Part shown: positions 47,991-63,000 of the stretch, one piece after another
Layout: every line of letters begins with the position of its first letter
Numbering within the stretch: position 1 is the stretch's first letter
Source of the DNA: Sminthopsis crassicaudata
Taxonomy: Eukaryota
Direction: 5' to 3'
Assembly: GCF_048593235.1 (NCBI RefSeq)
Contig: NC_133619.1
Location: 175,474,454-175,538,453 of the forward strand
DNA length: 64,000 nucleotides
The notes under the pieces: generated by a model
Databases searched by the model: none
Told to the model about the DNA's origin: nothing
Seen by the model: the letters and a program-made list of their open reading frames with translations, nothing else
Translations under genes and position numbers: made by a program

Positions 47991-50714
47991 ATATACCATG
48001 GATTCCTGTCTATATACCACCTTCCACTTTCTCTCCCCATCCCTAGTCTAACTGAGGGTTTTATCCCTGCTCTAAGAGTCCAGACTCAACTCTTTCCTAT
48101 TCATCAAAAAACTGAACTAAAGCACTCATTCCTTAAGATCCCATACTTTCTCTATGGGATTTTGTAATATCTTTATCTACTGGGAAGACTCCTATAGATA
48201 GATGCCAAAAATTCCAGGCCCATGATAAGATCTTTAGACCTAAACTGGGTATCATGGTAGTTCTTTCCTTGGAGCAAAACTATTTAACTCTAAAACCTGA
48301 AACTTGAAAGAAAAGGAAATTTTAAAAAAATGATACTTTTCAATCACTTGCAAAAACATCTTCTCCCTGACTCTTTCAAATACAAATATAACTGCAGCTT
48401 TGTCTAAAACACTCTTTTGCTCTAAGCAGAAAGATGCCTCTGAAGGATAGGAGACATGTTAGGAGATCTAGGGCCTAATTCATTTTAATCCCTGATTGAT
48501 TTGTTACTGGGTGAGACACTGTTATACAATAAATGGAGACAGAACTATCAAGGATTAATGAGTGTTGACAGGAATGGCAGTGGACCAGAACTTGATACTT
48601 GGGTAATTTCCCAGCCCCTCACTTTTACACAAAAATATGAGAGGGAGAAATTATGAGAACACAGAGTGTATGTGTCAAAAACCAACATGTTCTACTAATA
48701 AAAACTCTGGACTAGAAGCCAGGAGACAAGTGTTCAAATCTTAGATTTGACACAGATTCTGTGATTTTAGGCAAGTAAAATAACTGTACCGAAACCTCAG
48801 GATCATCTATAAAATACAGAGATTAGACCAGAGGAATGCTAAGGTCTCTTTTATCTCTAACATTCTATGATTCCATGATCTCCAGCAAAGTCCCAACTCT
48901 AGTTTCCACATGATTGGGATAATGCTATGGAGCCAGTCTAATCTAAAATATGTGAAAGGCTTTTATTTATTTTTTTTAGTACTCAGTTATCTAAAGGAAT
49001 TTTCTTTATTTTTGGTGCTATAAAATTTTATGCTATAATAATTTTCTCAAAACATGGATGGTATATGTGTCTGGTGAATAAATGAATTTGATTGGTACCA
49101 AAACAGCCATACAGATTCAGGTACTAAGCAGAGAAAAAAATGAGCAAGTGCTGGGCAAGTCACTTAATTTTTATTTCTCTTAATCTATTGAAAAAGGAAA
49201 TGGCAAAGCACTCCAATATTGGAATGCTATGGTCCATCCATGAGGTTATGAAAAATTAACCATAGCTGAACAATGATTTTTTTTTTTGTTGTACCTGACA
49301 GTAACATACTTTAATTACTCTTTCACCAATTTTCATCTACCTTTCAAAATCATTCTGCCAAAAATTACTGATGGAAGACAGATTTCTTCATGACTTCGGT
49401 CACTGCACACATTCAAAAACAAAGGCCAAAAGCAATCAAAGGGTATATCATTTACCATAGGACATTTTACCATAGGACATTAGAAGAGTTATAATCTCTT
49501 CTATCTATGGCTAATCAAAGTAAAGAGCTATTATACCTTTGACTGTTAGCTAGCCAACTTTATATCAGCAAAGGTTAAGTACTGCAATCACTGACAATTT
49601 CAAAGAGAATGAGGGCAGAAGCTTCTATTTTGAGGAGGTGAGGGAAACATGAACATCTCATGCTAGCTACTTAGCAGGTGATACGAATCAAAACTAGACA
49701 ATAATTGTCCAATTATCCATTTTACTTTCCCTGATTAGACATAATCCAAGAGTCCTGAAATAACTGAACTGGAAAGCTTTTAGACAGATTCCAGAATGGA
49801 ATATAGGTATTAGAAAAAAGCAAGATATAGATCCTAGAAGGGTGTTGTGATCCAAGATAGTTCCCCTGCTTTATAACTGGAGAAGAAGATACCTTCAACA
49901 TCAAGCCCTATTGCCATTAATGCTCTGTCATTTAGAATTTGGTGTTTTTTTTTTTTTTTTTTTTTTTTACTACTTACTCAGCAACATTCAATGACAGCAA
50001 CAATTAACCACCATGATACAGTGGATGTTTTCTTTCATAGACATCTTGCTCTGCTTCCAGTCAGGAGAGATGTTAATCAGATACACATTTGATGAATGTT
50101 CAGCAGGTCAATGAAACAGCCATATTGCTGAGTGACCTACCCTCCTAGCACACTCAAAATACTGAAGGGGTCAAAGGAATAAATCACAGGTTTTAATTCC
50201 AATTTTTCTCTCCTTTTCCAAAAGGGAGAATTTAAAATGGGAGATTGTCAGTAAGAGTTATTTTATGTTTCCCTTGCTTCAACTAAATTTTTTTTTGATG
50301 CAACAAAGCAAAGGGAATGAGATAAGTGAGAGAAATAGAAGAAACAGATGATTGTGTTGCCAATGAATAATTCTAATATTTTACTGCTTTCCTAGGAGAA
50401 AAATAAAAGTTTTTCTCCCAAAATCTTTCACATGTGTTTTCCCATTCACCTGCGAACCGGATCCTTTCTCCATTTTGCAGATAAGGAAACTGAGGCCCTG
50501 AAAGGGTCAGTGATTTGAAGTCACACAGTTAAGTAATGGCAGAACAGAATAGCTTTAGGGCAACATATGTGCTCTTATAAATGTCACTGAAAGGAAAAAA
50601 TATTTAAGGTTGAAACAGATCACAAATGCAAAAGATGCATTTTAAGAGTTTCTGACAATTGATAAATGTATGCCAGACAACAAAATAAGTAGTAGAATTC
50701 ATAGGGGCAGAATT

Positions 50715-50930
50715 CATAGATGGCATAGAAATTGAGGGCCACATCCGAGTTCAAATCTAACCTTACTATTTAGCTGTATGACTGTGCAAGTCACTTAAAA
50801 CTTTGCCTCAATCTCCTCAACTATAAAATGAACTGGAGAAGCAAATGGCAAATCATTCCAGTATCTCTGCTAAGAATCCCCCAAATGTCATCACAAAGAG
50901 TCAGATGTATTTGGAAAATGACTGAACTGA
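50715..50930 (+). mobile_element. Mar1 SINE
   Basis: gagttcaaatctaacc…gcaagtcacttaaaac…aactggagaagcaaatggcaaatcattccagtatctctgc. Confidence 0.8.
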
Positions 50931-52602
50931 ACTAATGGGACTTTCATCTGTGTGGTTACTCCTTCCATATGTTATAATGGATAGAGCACTGGACTTGGAA
51001 TGGGAAAAAGCAGGGTTCAAATTTTACTTCAAACAATTACTAGTTCTGTGGCTGAACAACTCATTTAATTCACTAGCCTTAGTTACCTCATATGTAAAAG
51101 GTGGGGATTGGACTCAGTTTCCAATCTCTGCATATCATAATTTCACCTATCTATACAAACATACTTTAAGTACAATGATTTATAAGCAGGTATTATTTTA
51201 TTTTGAAATAATTTTTTTCATCCTCCTATCTCTTTTCTTTGCCTCATACATTAAAAAAGCACCTATTGACCCAGCTTGTGGTGTGTTAAGGTATTTTAAA
51301 ATTCCATTCTTTTATTAAGAACCCATCTAGGAGAGACACTATTCAGATCCATATTTGATGAATTTTCAGCAGGTCAAGAAGAACTATCAAGAACTGTTAG
51401 ATTAGGCTCTATTGAAGGTCAAAGCAATCATGAAATTCTGTAGTCTATAACTTTTTGGGTGTGTAGAGATCATCTAATCAAACCCCTCCCTAGGTTTTAT
51501 CAATTAGAAACTGAAGTCCAGAGACCTCAAGTGAGTTTTTGGCCAAAACAGACTGGGACTCAATATCTCTTGATTTCCAGATCAGTGACATATGAATCAA
51601 TGATATTTTTGATGTAAACAGTTAAAGAACCATAATTTTTAAAATTCCCATCTACCTGGGAAGGTGGCAATTCACTCCTGCCTTCTCATTTTGTGTCATT
51701 CTTATCCCCAGTGCCTACAACAGAGTAAGCAGGCACTTAAAAACTTTACAAGAATGAAGTGCGTCAAATGACAAGAAAATAGATTTGATAATAGCTAGCT
51801 TTTCTCTCCTATCTGTACAAAGTTGCTTTAAATACAGATAATGACAAGAAGATAATATAATTTTACTTTGAAGTAAAAACTTTTACACAACTATCAACTG
51901 AAATAGCTTGTTACTTCAAGTACTCTTTAGTCCTTCTAGAATTAATTGATTGGTTGATCCATATCCTTTCATTAATCCTCCAGAGAGGATTTGCTACTGG
52001 CTAGAAATCTTCCTCTTGCTTTTTGTTGGGTTTTTAAAAATATATTTCATGGCTAATAACAGAACACTCAGACCCAATCATTCCTGTGTCATCCTTCAAT
52101 TCGTCTATATGATGGGAAAATCTCCCTTTCAATTCACACACTTCCTAGATGATAAACTTTATACTACTTCTTGTTTCCAGATCATCCTGGGTGATATGTG
52201 GCAGTCTATTTGCACCCAGCATGCATCTTTCTCTTCGTGTTACCCACATAGTTCAGAGACTGTGTAGTTATGATTTCCAGATAAAGGATTTTAGAATCGT
52301 AGATTTAAAGCTAGAGGAGACATTACAAGCCATTGCATTCATCTTCTCATTTTATGGTTCAGGAAATTAAGGCACAGAGGGGTTATGTGACTTGTCCAGA
52401 GTCACACAGCTGGGAAATGTCTGAGGCTAGACTTGAATCCAGCTCTTCCTGGCTTGTAAGCCTCAATCTTTATCTACTACATGATGCTCAATATAATGAT
52501 ATATATCATATATGCTCATTTCCTGGGATCATTAGGAAAATTTCCATGTTAGAAATATGTCTTTGTACTTCAGTCACAAAATAAGTTAGAATCATAGGCA
52601 GC

Positions 52603-52820
52603 CAGGTGGCAAAAAGGAGAAAGTTGGGCTTGGAATCAGAAAGTGCTACACTCAAATCCAGCCTCAGACACTAGCTGTGTGATGTTGAGCAAGTCACTTA
52701 ATCCTTTTTACCTCAGTTTCCTCATTTATAAAATGAACTAGAGAAGGAAATGGAAACTATTCCAGTATTTTTTCCAAGAAAATTTACAAGGATTCAGATA
52801 TAACTAAAAAATTGAACCAC
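52603..52820 (+). mobile_element. Mar1 SINE
   Basis: ggcagccaggtggc…ctcaaatccagcctcagacac…agagaaggaaatggaaactattccagtatt. Confidence 0.85.
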
Positions 52821-55800
52821 ATAAAGTTTGGGATCATTGAAGGCACTTTAAAATTGCCCAAATATAATATAGCTAATTCTCTTCTTCCTATTTAGCTCTG
52901 TCCTGTGCTATTTAATCATATAATACAATAATAATAATAATAAAGCTGGGTCCATTTTTCCAGGCTATGCCTTCTTCTACCAAAATATATAAATTACATT
53001 GTTATTAGATGTCCTTTGGTAGTTCATTTCTATAAGAACTTAAAGAAATTATTAATTCCAGATCCTTAATTACAAAATGCTTTGTTAGTTGTACTCCATA
53101 AAATTGACTATCTTGGTTGCTTTTATGGACTTACGGTAAGCTTCATGAATGTTTAAATGCAAAAGATTCAGTTCTATTCAACTAAACACATTGAATGTCT
53201 ATTATTTAATTGAGACACAATGTTAGGGACTGAAAATACCCAAATACAAAAAATAAAAAACAATCCAAAAACTATGTCTCTGTAAATAAAGTTTGCAGCA
53301 GAAAAGCAACCCGACAGGGTATTAGCCTTACAGAGCTTCTGCATTACTTTGGGGTCTATTATCTTGTATTATCATCATAGCTCAAATCAATGATTCATTT
53401 TTCCCCCAATACCAGCAAAAATTCTAGAAAGGAAAAGTTATATTGTGTAATCAGCCTTTATTTTACAAAGGCATCTCAATTAATGCTTGTTTTCTGAGTC
53501 TAAATTCATGAGAATGAGAAAATTTACCAGTGGCAATTTTTTTACTTTGAAATGTGTTTTGGTGGATTAGTCAATCCAATTATTCCTGAATACATTTATG
53601 AAGAATGCCAATTTCAAACCTTCATGCTTTATTAAAACAAACTCATTTAAAGATAAAAATAAAGGAAATGAATATCCTTTATTTTAACTTTATAAACAAG
53701 TCAGCTTTTAAGCTTAAGATTTTTTCCTTTTTTTCTTAAATTATGAATTTAGAGATAAAAGGGAGATCTAAAAGACTTTAGGGACTCTGGAACAGAGAGT
53801 AAAGCTAATGACTTTGTGCAAATGTCTCAAATCCAAATTCATGGAGCAAGTCAAGATAAAACTGTGATGTTATTGGTATTCTTTGAAAGGAAAGAAAAAC
53901 AACAATAACAACAAAAACTCCAAGCCCTTGGTAGTCTAGGATTTTGACTAGGAAGGAATAGGAAAATATTTCTGAGAAGCAGAGGTTTGGATTTCATGGC
54001 CTCAGCACTTTTACCTGCAGAATTCTAAAGTGTGTATTAACACCAGAGTTATAAAGTCTTGGAGAAATTTTGAGCTATGAAAACTAACATTTTTGGGAAA
54101 CACTGTAGTTTTGAAGCAAATGGCAGGTGTGATAAATATTATCTCAGAGATCCAGGAAATTATTTTTAAGCTTCCAAATCTGATATTTATAATTTATGCC
54201 AACACTTCTATGTGAAAGAGTTAACTAAGCAGATTTTCCTGAAAGTGCCTGGGATATTGCATGTCATTTTTGCTTTTAAGAGAAAGTAGTCAACTACTGC
54301 TTACTTTTTAAACAATTTGCTAAGCAGCCAAGTGTAGAGTAACAGTTTGATGAAAGATGTAAAGATATTTCAGCCGGGATAAAAAAGAATATAGATCTAT
54401 AACTATATTTATTTATGAGCTTAGTATGACCCATCACATACTGTTCTAACAATTTAAAGTAAAATATTTTGTGCTTATTTTGCTCTTCCTTGAATACATG
54501 TATTTTCTCCTTTTTTTCTCCTTAGTTTCTTATTCCTGCCATTTAAAACCATGTTGCTATGCCACCATCATCTGCCAAATTTTCTATCTCACATAAAGCA
54601 AAGCACAATTGAAACCATGACTACTGCAATTCCAAAGCCCTTGCAATCATGCAAAATTATGCGACAAGAGATTCTCAGTGCAATTCCTCTATCTGTAGCT
54701 TCAACTCTTCTTCCAACCAATCAATCCAGCCATCTTCACATGTAAGAAAGACATACAAAAGAACAGGAAAATCTATACTATCTTCAAAAGTCACAGAGAA
54801 AGAATATCAGTATAGACATTTTCACTGGAAACACAATCAGTTATCCAGGAGGCAGAGGGGTAGTATGAAAAGAGCCTTCACTTTGGAATCAGGTGCTGTG
54901 GCAGATAGGACTCCAAATTAACTTGGAGTCAGGGAAACCCAAGTTGAATTACAATCTCAGTCAGTTACTACCTGGGTGACGCTGGATAAATCACTGAAAG
55001 TCTCTGACGCTCAATTTCATCATGAGGAAGTTGGACTTGATGGCCCTTAAGCTCTCTTCCTGCCTCCATAATCCCATGATTTCATTCCACATCTCAGGCT
55101 CTCCTTTTATACCAATCACTTCATTTTCTTTGAGATTAATTTTCTCTATATGTAAATGAGTTATTGGACCCTGACCCTATTACTTACAAGCTATGTTATC
55201 ATGAGCAGGTCAGCCCTCAATACCTCTATTTCTTCATTTATAATATAAAAGGATTAGACTGAATGTCTTCTGAGGTCCTTTTAAATTCTCATTTTATAAT
55301 TCTATGAATAATTCCTTTCTTACAGATTTTCTCCCCTTGAGGCAGCATAGCTAAGGGAAGATTCAAGAATATAACCTAAATTTAAACTCCCTAACCATCT
55401 TTATTTTTATGTTCCAAAATGGAGCATTCTTTGATGTGTGAACTGTTCTTTCATCTTTCTGTTCTCATAGAAATTCTAATAGTGTGTTTGTATGCTGGTG
55501 CATACTTTTTAAAAGGCAAGGTCAAAGAGACACTCTGAACACTGAAAATGAACAATAATATTATACTATATATCTTTATTAATCTGCTGAATAAGTGTTT
55601 AAAATACATTTTTTAATGGTGAGGATTTCCAATGCAGGTAGTGATTTGAAAATCAACTTTGAATTCAGGATGGGTTGGGTTCAAGTCAATCAATCAATCT
55701 ACCAAGCATCCAGTTTTCAATGAACAATGGAGTTGGATGTCACAGGTGGCAGTTGTGTTTAGTTAGGTTTGAGCATGTTTACCTGAAAAGGTGGAGGTTT

Positions 55801-56119
55801 CACTTTTACACATGTGTCAATGAGACAATTTACCAGTGTAGTTGGGAACGTAGGACTAGAACTCAGGAGAGAGACTAGGACAAGATATATAGCTTTGGAA
55901 GTCAGTAGCAAATAGAAATGACCATTGAACTCATGCAAATTGATGAAGTCACCAAGAAAAAGGCTGTAGAGAAAAAAAAGGATACAGGAGACAGGCTACA
56001 GTATACAGCCAGAGTTAATAAGTATGGCATGGATTATAAATCAGCAAAAGAGTCTAAGATAGAAAATAAGGAAAGAAAAAGCTGCATTTCAAAAAATTAG
56101 ACGAGAGACTATCCAGAAG

Positions 56120-56310
56120 CATAAAGTTGTGGTTGTTTTTGTTTGTCTTTTATGCTTGAAGAGGAACATGGCAGCGGGATGAGAATGCTGTGACATGTGA
56201 GTGAATTATTTTTAAGTGAGGGAGGACTGTGCAAGATCACCTGCCTCACTTTCCCTTCCGGAGCTATCTAGCCCCGGTGGTCAGATATAGATCAGGATGA
56301 CTTGAGATCC
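56120..56310 (+). mobile_element. WALLSI/MdoRep1-like SINE 5' part
   Basis: gtcttttatgcttgaagaggaacatg…gtgaattatttttaagtgagggaggactgtgcaagatcacctgcctcactttccc…gatatagatcaggatgac. Confidence 0.6.
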
Positions 56311-58959
56311 TGTTGCTAAATGCATTATACATACAGGAAGATTCAGACTGAGAAGTCATTAATTGTAACTAGAAAGAGATCACTGGTAACTGTAGAAAGA
56401 GTCATTTCAACCCTATGAAGCTAGATTACAAAGAATTTTAAAATATGGAGTAAAGGAGATGATACTATATAATATAGAAGGCTTTCTCAAGGATATGGCT
56501 GATAAGGGAGGAGAGATATAGGACAATAATTGGTGGAGTTAGTAGGATCAAGTGAAAAATTTTTAGAAGACAGGGAAAACTTTACACATCTTTTATATAT
56601 ACATCAGGGAAGTAACCAATAGAAAGGGAGAGTTTTGCCTTTAATCCATAGTTTCTCTAACATTTTCAGCCCTTCTCAATGACTTTAATTCCGGAGGAGT
56701 TGATGATTTGCCTATATTCATCAGGGAAGAAAATTCTCTAAACCTATGAAATCAAAGGCCCACCAACCCCACCTAAAACAGTCACAGAAAAACATACAGT
56801 TGAATTCTCCACAAAATAAATGGAAGTGTCTGAATAATAATAAAATAGAAAATACATTTTCCCTCTTAGCTTTGGGGACTAGGGAGGCCCAGCTGAACAC
56901 GTGGCAAACATTAGATTTTAGAGATGATTGCAAGGCTTATAACCTAGTCTAGAAAATCCACTTGGGGGCAGAAACAAAGCCAAATTCTCATTCAATGCAG
57001 AGAAACATTTCCATGCTATGCATGCTATATACCGAAGGAAAGGTATGGAAAGGGCACCATTAATCAGGAGTAAATCCTACAATCTTCAGCCAGACCCAAC
57101 TCCAGCTGAATTCAACAGGAACTTTGCCTATGGGAGTAGTCTTACACCTAACGTATTAATATAAATAAATCACTAACCAGCCTGTAAATGCATCCTGTAT
57201 CCTGCTGATGTCAGAAACTGCCAGGGTTTTGCTTTCACAGTTTATTACCACACTATCAAAATATCTCAGAGGAATTCATCACAGTTTCTTATCATTTATC
57301 CTTCATGGGGAGGAGTGCTTTAGTATATGTGTGTGTGTGTCTCATTAACATCCCATGTAAATCCACGAGAATTATCCCCAATCCCATTCTTCATCTAACA
57401 TGTAAGCTGCAGCAGTATCATTCCATGCTAACCAGGGGGGGGGTATGTTTCCAGAAGTACTCTATGGGAATTATTTCTCAGAATTCCACAGATGAGACAA
57501 CCTGACCCTCTGTCTCTCTGGCTTGTGAAAATGTAGTAAGTGTTCTGTCTGCTGAAATCCTTTTGTTCAAGGTATGGTATTTTTTACAGTCACCTACTCC
57601 TCATCTGCAAGCTAAGAAACACCTGGCTGATATTCCAAGTCATGTTTCATTGATGAAAATGTAAAGAAGACATAGGGCACTGAGGGGGAAATAAAAAGGC
57701 CCATTGAAAGATCCATGGCTTAAAGCAGACTAAACATCTAGTAAGATCAGGAGGAACCTGGAGACAGGATGCAAAATTTTACAGGTATGCATATCCATAA
57801 ATATACTTTCCTTTGGGAGCAAGAAAGGTCAGTGACTCCATTTGGAGGTTCTTTCCATCTACCAGTTTGGCTAGACCAGATTCCCAAACATATTAGATGC
57901 TGCAAGCTTCAATTTTCTCATCTACCAAATGAGGATAATCTTTGCACTATTTCTCACAGGATTGCTTTAAGGAAAATGTGATTTAAAAAGAGATATTGCT
58001 ATGACAGACATGTAGATATAAATAGATAGGGAGTAGAACTAAGATTTCATTGAATGAGGAAACATTTTTTACCAATGTCTACAGGCAACTTCTCTGCAAG
58101 TCTTAGAGGTATTGTGATGTTGTTATTGTTGTTCAACCTTCCTATTCAAAGAAAACCAGTGATATTATGGGATGATACCTTGACTTAACAGTGAATTAGA
58201 TTTAGGTGAGACAGAGTTGCACAAAATTTTCAGCTTCACTCTCTTACAGAGGCATCAAAGTCCAGTAGCAGGACAAAAGTCAAGATGACTGTTGATGGCC
58301 CTAGATGCAATATATGATCTCAGCATCTTTGTGATATTAAGGACAAAGTGGACCTGAAACTGATTTTATGTCCACTACTCTCATCTTTAGGATCCCTATA
58401 GTCTTAGGGTAGTTTCAAGGTTTAAAACTACACAAAGACTTTTGGCACATCCTGCCTATGTATGTATTTATGCATCACTTTTTAAGTGATGAAAAATCAT
58501 GCAAATGAATTATTGTTATCTTTAATAAAGGAACTATAATAGAAAAGAAGTCAAGAAGTTTCAGACAAGCTCTTAGGGGCAGGAATTCTCAATGTCAGTT
58601 AATACTTTGCCTTCAGATAGGATCAGGAGAATAAGCTCATAGAAGAGAGATGGAAGTGATAGATGGAATAGAAGAATATAAAATTACCTTTGCCCTAGAA
58701 CCTCTTGAGTAAGGACAGATCTATTTCAGATACAGGTAGCAAGGGAGAAAGGGAAGGAAAGGTTTAAAGTCACTGCTATACCATATCCTATTCAACAAAC
58801 CTTCCTGTTGGCAAATAGCAACTAAAAATGACACCAGAAAAACAACTTTCCTAATAGAGGGATTCTCTGGCTAACAAAAACTGCAGACAAAGTTTGTCAA
58901 AGCAATAAAATATTTCTATTGTAGCAGAAGCTACAGATCCCTAGAATCTGTGTTGGATT

Positions 58960-59165
58960 TTGTTGTTGTTCCTAACTCCATTTGACATTTTCTTGGCAAT
59001 GAGACTGAAGTAGTTTGTTATTTCCTTCTCCAGCTTATTTTACAGATGAGGAAACTGAGGCAAACAGGGTTAAGTGACTTGCCCTATATCACAGAGCTAG
59101 TAAGTTTCTGAGGCCAGATTTGAACTCAGTTCTTGTTGACTTCAGACCACTGCAACATCTAGCTG
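58960..59165 (-). mobile_element. Mar1 SINE
   Basis: tttccttctccagcttattttacagatgaggaaactgaggcaaacagggttaagtgacttgccc…gaggccagatttgaactc. Confidence 0.85.
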
Positions 59166-60107
59166 CTTTTTACAAAATAAGTGATAGAAATAGGGGAATT
59201 ATAGCCCAGTCCTTGCTTAACTTTCAGGAATTACCCTATATATGGCACCCATAACAAATCATCCTCTTTGAAAATTATAAAAGGACACAGTTTCAGAAGT
59301 GAATCTAGAATAAACCCATCTCTATATGTGTTTGTGTATGGGTCAGTATACATGTCCACCCACATACATCCAAGGGATAGGTATATAATAAAAATAAAAC
59401 TAATATGTATATGATACTTTAAGGTTAAGAAAATTCTTTATTCATGTTATATCCTACATAGATATAATTATACATACATGCATGTATGTGATACCTTATG
59501 CATAAATGTAATAATTATACCTACATATATTTGTAGGCATATATTTTCTAGCTTTGCATATATTTTTGTGCTTCATCTAATAGAATAAAAGGTACTTCAG
59601 GACAAGGATTTTTTTTTCATTTATATTTTTGTATTCCCACTGGTAAGAATATAGAAGGTACTTAGTAAATGCTTATTTAACTAAAATAATATAAAAATTA
59701 TATTTACAATGAACCTATGACATTCATCCAAGGACCTCCCCTCTCTCTACAAAAACATAAAAAAAAAACTAAATTAAACTATAACCTACTATCATTCTCA
59801 TGTCTTTAAACAATAAATAAAGAATAAAATAAATAAAAATAAAATAAATAAATAATAAATAATAATAAAAATAAATAAATAGAGAATAAAGTCTTAGGAA
59901 AGGTAAATAATTAGCTCAAAGACCAATAGTAGATAACTGAATCATAGAATCTCAGACTTGGAAAGAATCAAATTTCCTTGGAAATGAAATTAGGGAAAAA
60001 CATTATTTTCCCTAATGAGCCTCTGTTTCATGACCTTCAAATGATGGGTATCTCACCAATTTTTAAATCAGTCCGTTTCATTTTTGGATAGCTTATAACT
60101 GTTAGGC

Positions 60108-60340
60108 GGTCAAGTAGGTAGCGCAGTAGGTAGAACTCAAGGTGTGGAGTAAGGAAGAATTTCAAATTTGGTCTGAGACACTCACTTGCTGAGTGACCCT
60201 GGGCAAATTACTTAACCCTGTTTGCCTCAGTGTCTTCATCCATTAAATAAGCTGGAGAAGGAAATGGCAAATAATTCTACTATCTGCCAAGAAAACCCCA
60301 AATGGAGTCACAAAGATTTAGACACTACACAATTGATGTT
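60108..60340 (+). mobile_element. Mar1 SINE
   Basis: gtgaccctgggcaaattacttaaccctgtttgcctcag…gctggagaaggaaatggcaaataattc…gccaagaaaacccc. Confidence 0.85.
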
Positions 60341-61519
60341 TCTAACACTTGGAAAGTGTTTACTCTTTTATTTTTACTCACAACTCTTTGCTCTTCTAAA
60401 TTTGCTCCCATTTCTCAGGGTTCTTCCTAAAATGTGACATCCAGAATACAATACTCCCAATATGGATTAGCTAGTGAGACCATTATATTTCTCCTCCAAG
60501 ATATAATACCTCTATTAAAGAAGTCTAGAATCATATTTGCTTTGAGGGGTATTATCTTATGGATTCATTTTCAGTTTGCTGAATGAGGAATTTCACTGAA
60601 ATCCTCAAGGCCTACTATGGTTAGACCCATCTCCCCTAACTTCTACTTAATGAGGTGCCTTTTTCAGCCTAAGTAGAAGACTTTATATTTTTCTCCTTTA
60701 TATTTTTGCCAGCCCCCAATATTTCTTCAAAACCCCATTTTTGATAACTTATGACACTGTCATTCCAAAAGTCCAATCTATGGACTAATACACAATCTTG
60801 CAAACAATGCAATAGATCCTAAGGATATCAGAAATACTGCTAGTGCAGTCATTTTTCAGTGTCTCTAGTAACCAGAAGCTTTGGCTAGGATTTGGAGCCT
60901 AGGAACCTAGCTAAATAAAAAAAAGGGGGAAAGTTCATGGGAGATTGATGATATTTGGTTTCAGAAGTTGAACTGGTCTGAGAGCATTTATAAGGACTGC
61001 TGTTATAAGAACTTCAGTTATGAGTACTTATTCTGCTGGGTTATATCCAGAGGCGGTGTTATCAGCTTCTGACTTGCCTTTGAAATAAATCCAAAATATT
61101 TTTAAGGGGAAAAATAATCCTGTACTTTTCTGAAAACAAAATAAAATTGAGTTAAAAATTTTTTGTAAACTGTACTTTTCCCACAAATCTTTCATGTGAT
61201 ATATGAGATGGCTCTTTGGGAGGAAGAAAGAGAGGAATAGAGGAGAAAATTATGATGACGCAAAGAAAAACAAAAAAAAAATAAAAACTTATTTTTAAAA
61301 AGTGCTTTCCTTCATCATCTCTGACTCACAGAAACCTTAGATTTTTTTAAAAAGAAAGCTCATGTGCCTCCTCTTACACACAGCCTTTCCTGATTGCTCT
61401 CATTCTTAGTGATTATTCCCAACTGAAATGATATTGGATTACATTTACTTATTCTGCCTCAAGTAGAAATATGTCCTCTAAGGGGAGGGGCTGCTGTCTT
61501 TATTTCTTCATATATTTCC

Positions 61520-61720
61520 AGAAATTCAAATCTGACTTCAGACATATAAGCTATGTGACCCTGGACAAGTCACTTAACCCTGTCTGCCTCAATTTTCTCA
61601 TATGTAAAATGAGCTGGAAAAGGAAATGGCAAACCACTCCAGTGTCTCTGCCAATGAAAACCGCAAATGGGGACACAAACTGAAAAATAACTGAGAAATG
61701 ATTGAACAACACAACAATCT
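61520..61720 (+). mobile_element. Mar1 SINE (5'-truncated)
   Basis: ctatgtgaccctggacaagtcacttaaccctgtctgcctc…gagctggaaaaggaaatggcaaaccactccagtgtctctgcc. Confidence 0.85.
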
Positions 61721-62124
61721 TCAAAAGTTAGCACTTTGTCTTCCAAAAGTCAATCAATCTATAAACATTTATGAAAACACCTACTATGTGCCAGGCACTA
61801 TGCAAAGCACTGGTTCACACAGTGGATGTCTATAATAAATGTTTGTTGAATTTCTGAACTTAATGGAAAGATACAAACCAGTGGAATGTCAGCATTTTCC
61901 TTTAGTTTTCAAATGTAACAGCATATGAAATGCAGGCCAAATTTAAGGGGAAGGCAGTATTCATTTTGCTGAAGGCCACAAAGTTAAGCAAATTCACCAC
62001 ATACATTCCTGTTTGACAGAAACTGGGCAAAACATTCTTACTTTCTAGTTTTTATTTTTTATTTTTATCACTTCACACTATCTCCAGAGCTACCCCAAGG
62101 CAGGAAAAAACTGACATTATGCAT

Positions 62125-62253
62125 NNNNNNNNNNNNNNNNNNNNNNNNNNNNNNNNNNNNNNNNNNNNNNNNNNNNNNNNNNNNNNNNNNNNNNNNNNNN
62201 NNNNNNNNNNNNNNNNNNNNNNNNNNNNNNNNNNNNNNNNNNNNNNNNNNNNN
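62125..62253. other. Assembly gap (129 N)
   Basis: Run of N with tatgcat on both sides, probably a collapsed simple repeat. Confidence 1.
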
Positions 62254-62859
62254 TATGCATATGCATTTAATTCTAATATTAGCTCTTCTCTGTCTCTCAA
62301 CTAAATTATAAGTCTTTTGAGGATAAAAATTTATCATCTGATCTGTAAAAGTATCTTTTCTATGTCTAGTACAATGCCAGGCACCCCATGGATCTTAGTA
62401 GGCAATGCCCAAATAAAATAGTAAAGACATATTTATCTGGGATCAAAGTTATTAGATTCCCCACAGATCATGTCTGGAAACCATTAACCTAAATTTGGCT
62501 TAAAAAAAAAAGATTTCTAAACTGGCTAAAGGTGGTGGTGGAAGGCTGATAGAGGTTAGGAACTAGTTTGTGTCAGGATACTGGAATTTATTTTGCCTTC
62601 CTTTTCCTGATACCTCTAAATCAAACTCACTTCTATTCTCATGAAGTTCTTGGAAATGTACAAACCTGTCTGCTCACATATTCCACCACTGAAAAAGGCC
62701 TGCCAGCATAAACCTCAGTGAAATCTATCATCAGTCTCAAAGACATGCCAAAAGGAATATACCAAGACTTTTAAGGATGCTGTCTCATCTTTCCTTGTCT
62801 TTGGCCAGCCACTGAAAGAATGGGCACTGGGTCTAGCCAGCCACAGGCTTTGAAGCCTT

Positions 62860-63000
62860 AATTTATTTTGTTTCAAGAGGCAATTGGGGTTAAGTGACTT
62901 TCCCAGTGTCACACAATATTAAATGTCTGAGACCAGATTTGAATTCAGGTTCTCCTGGCTCTAGGACCTATGCTTTATCCGCTGAGCCATCTAGCTGCCC
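62860..63000 (-). mobile_element. WSINE1-like short CORE SINE
   Basis: gaggcaattggggttaagtgactttcccagtgtcacacaatattaaatgtctgagaccagatttgaattcagg…ccatctagctgcccc. Confidence 0.82.
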
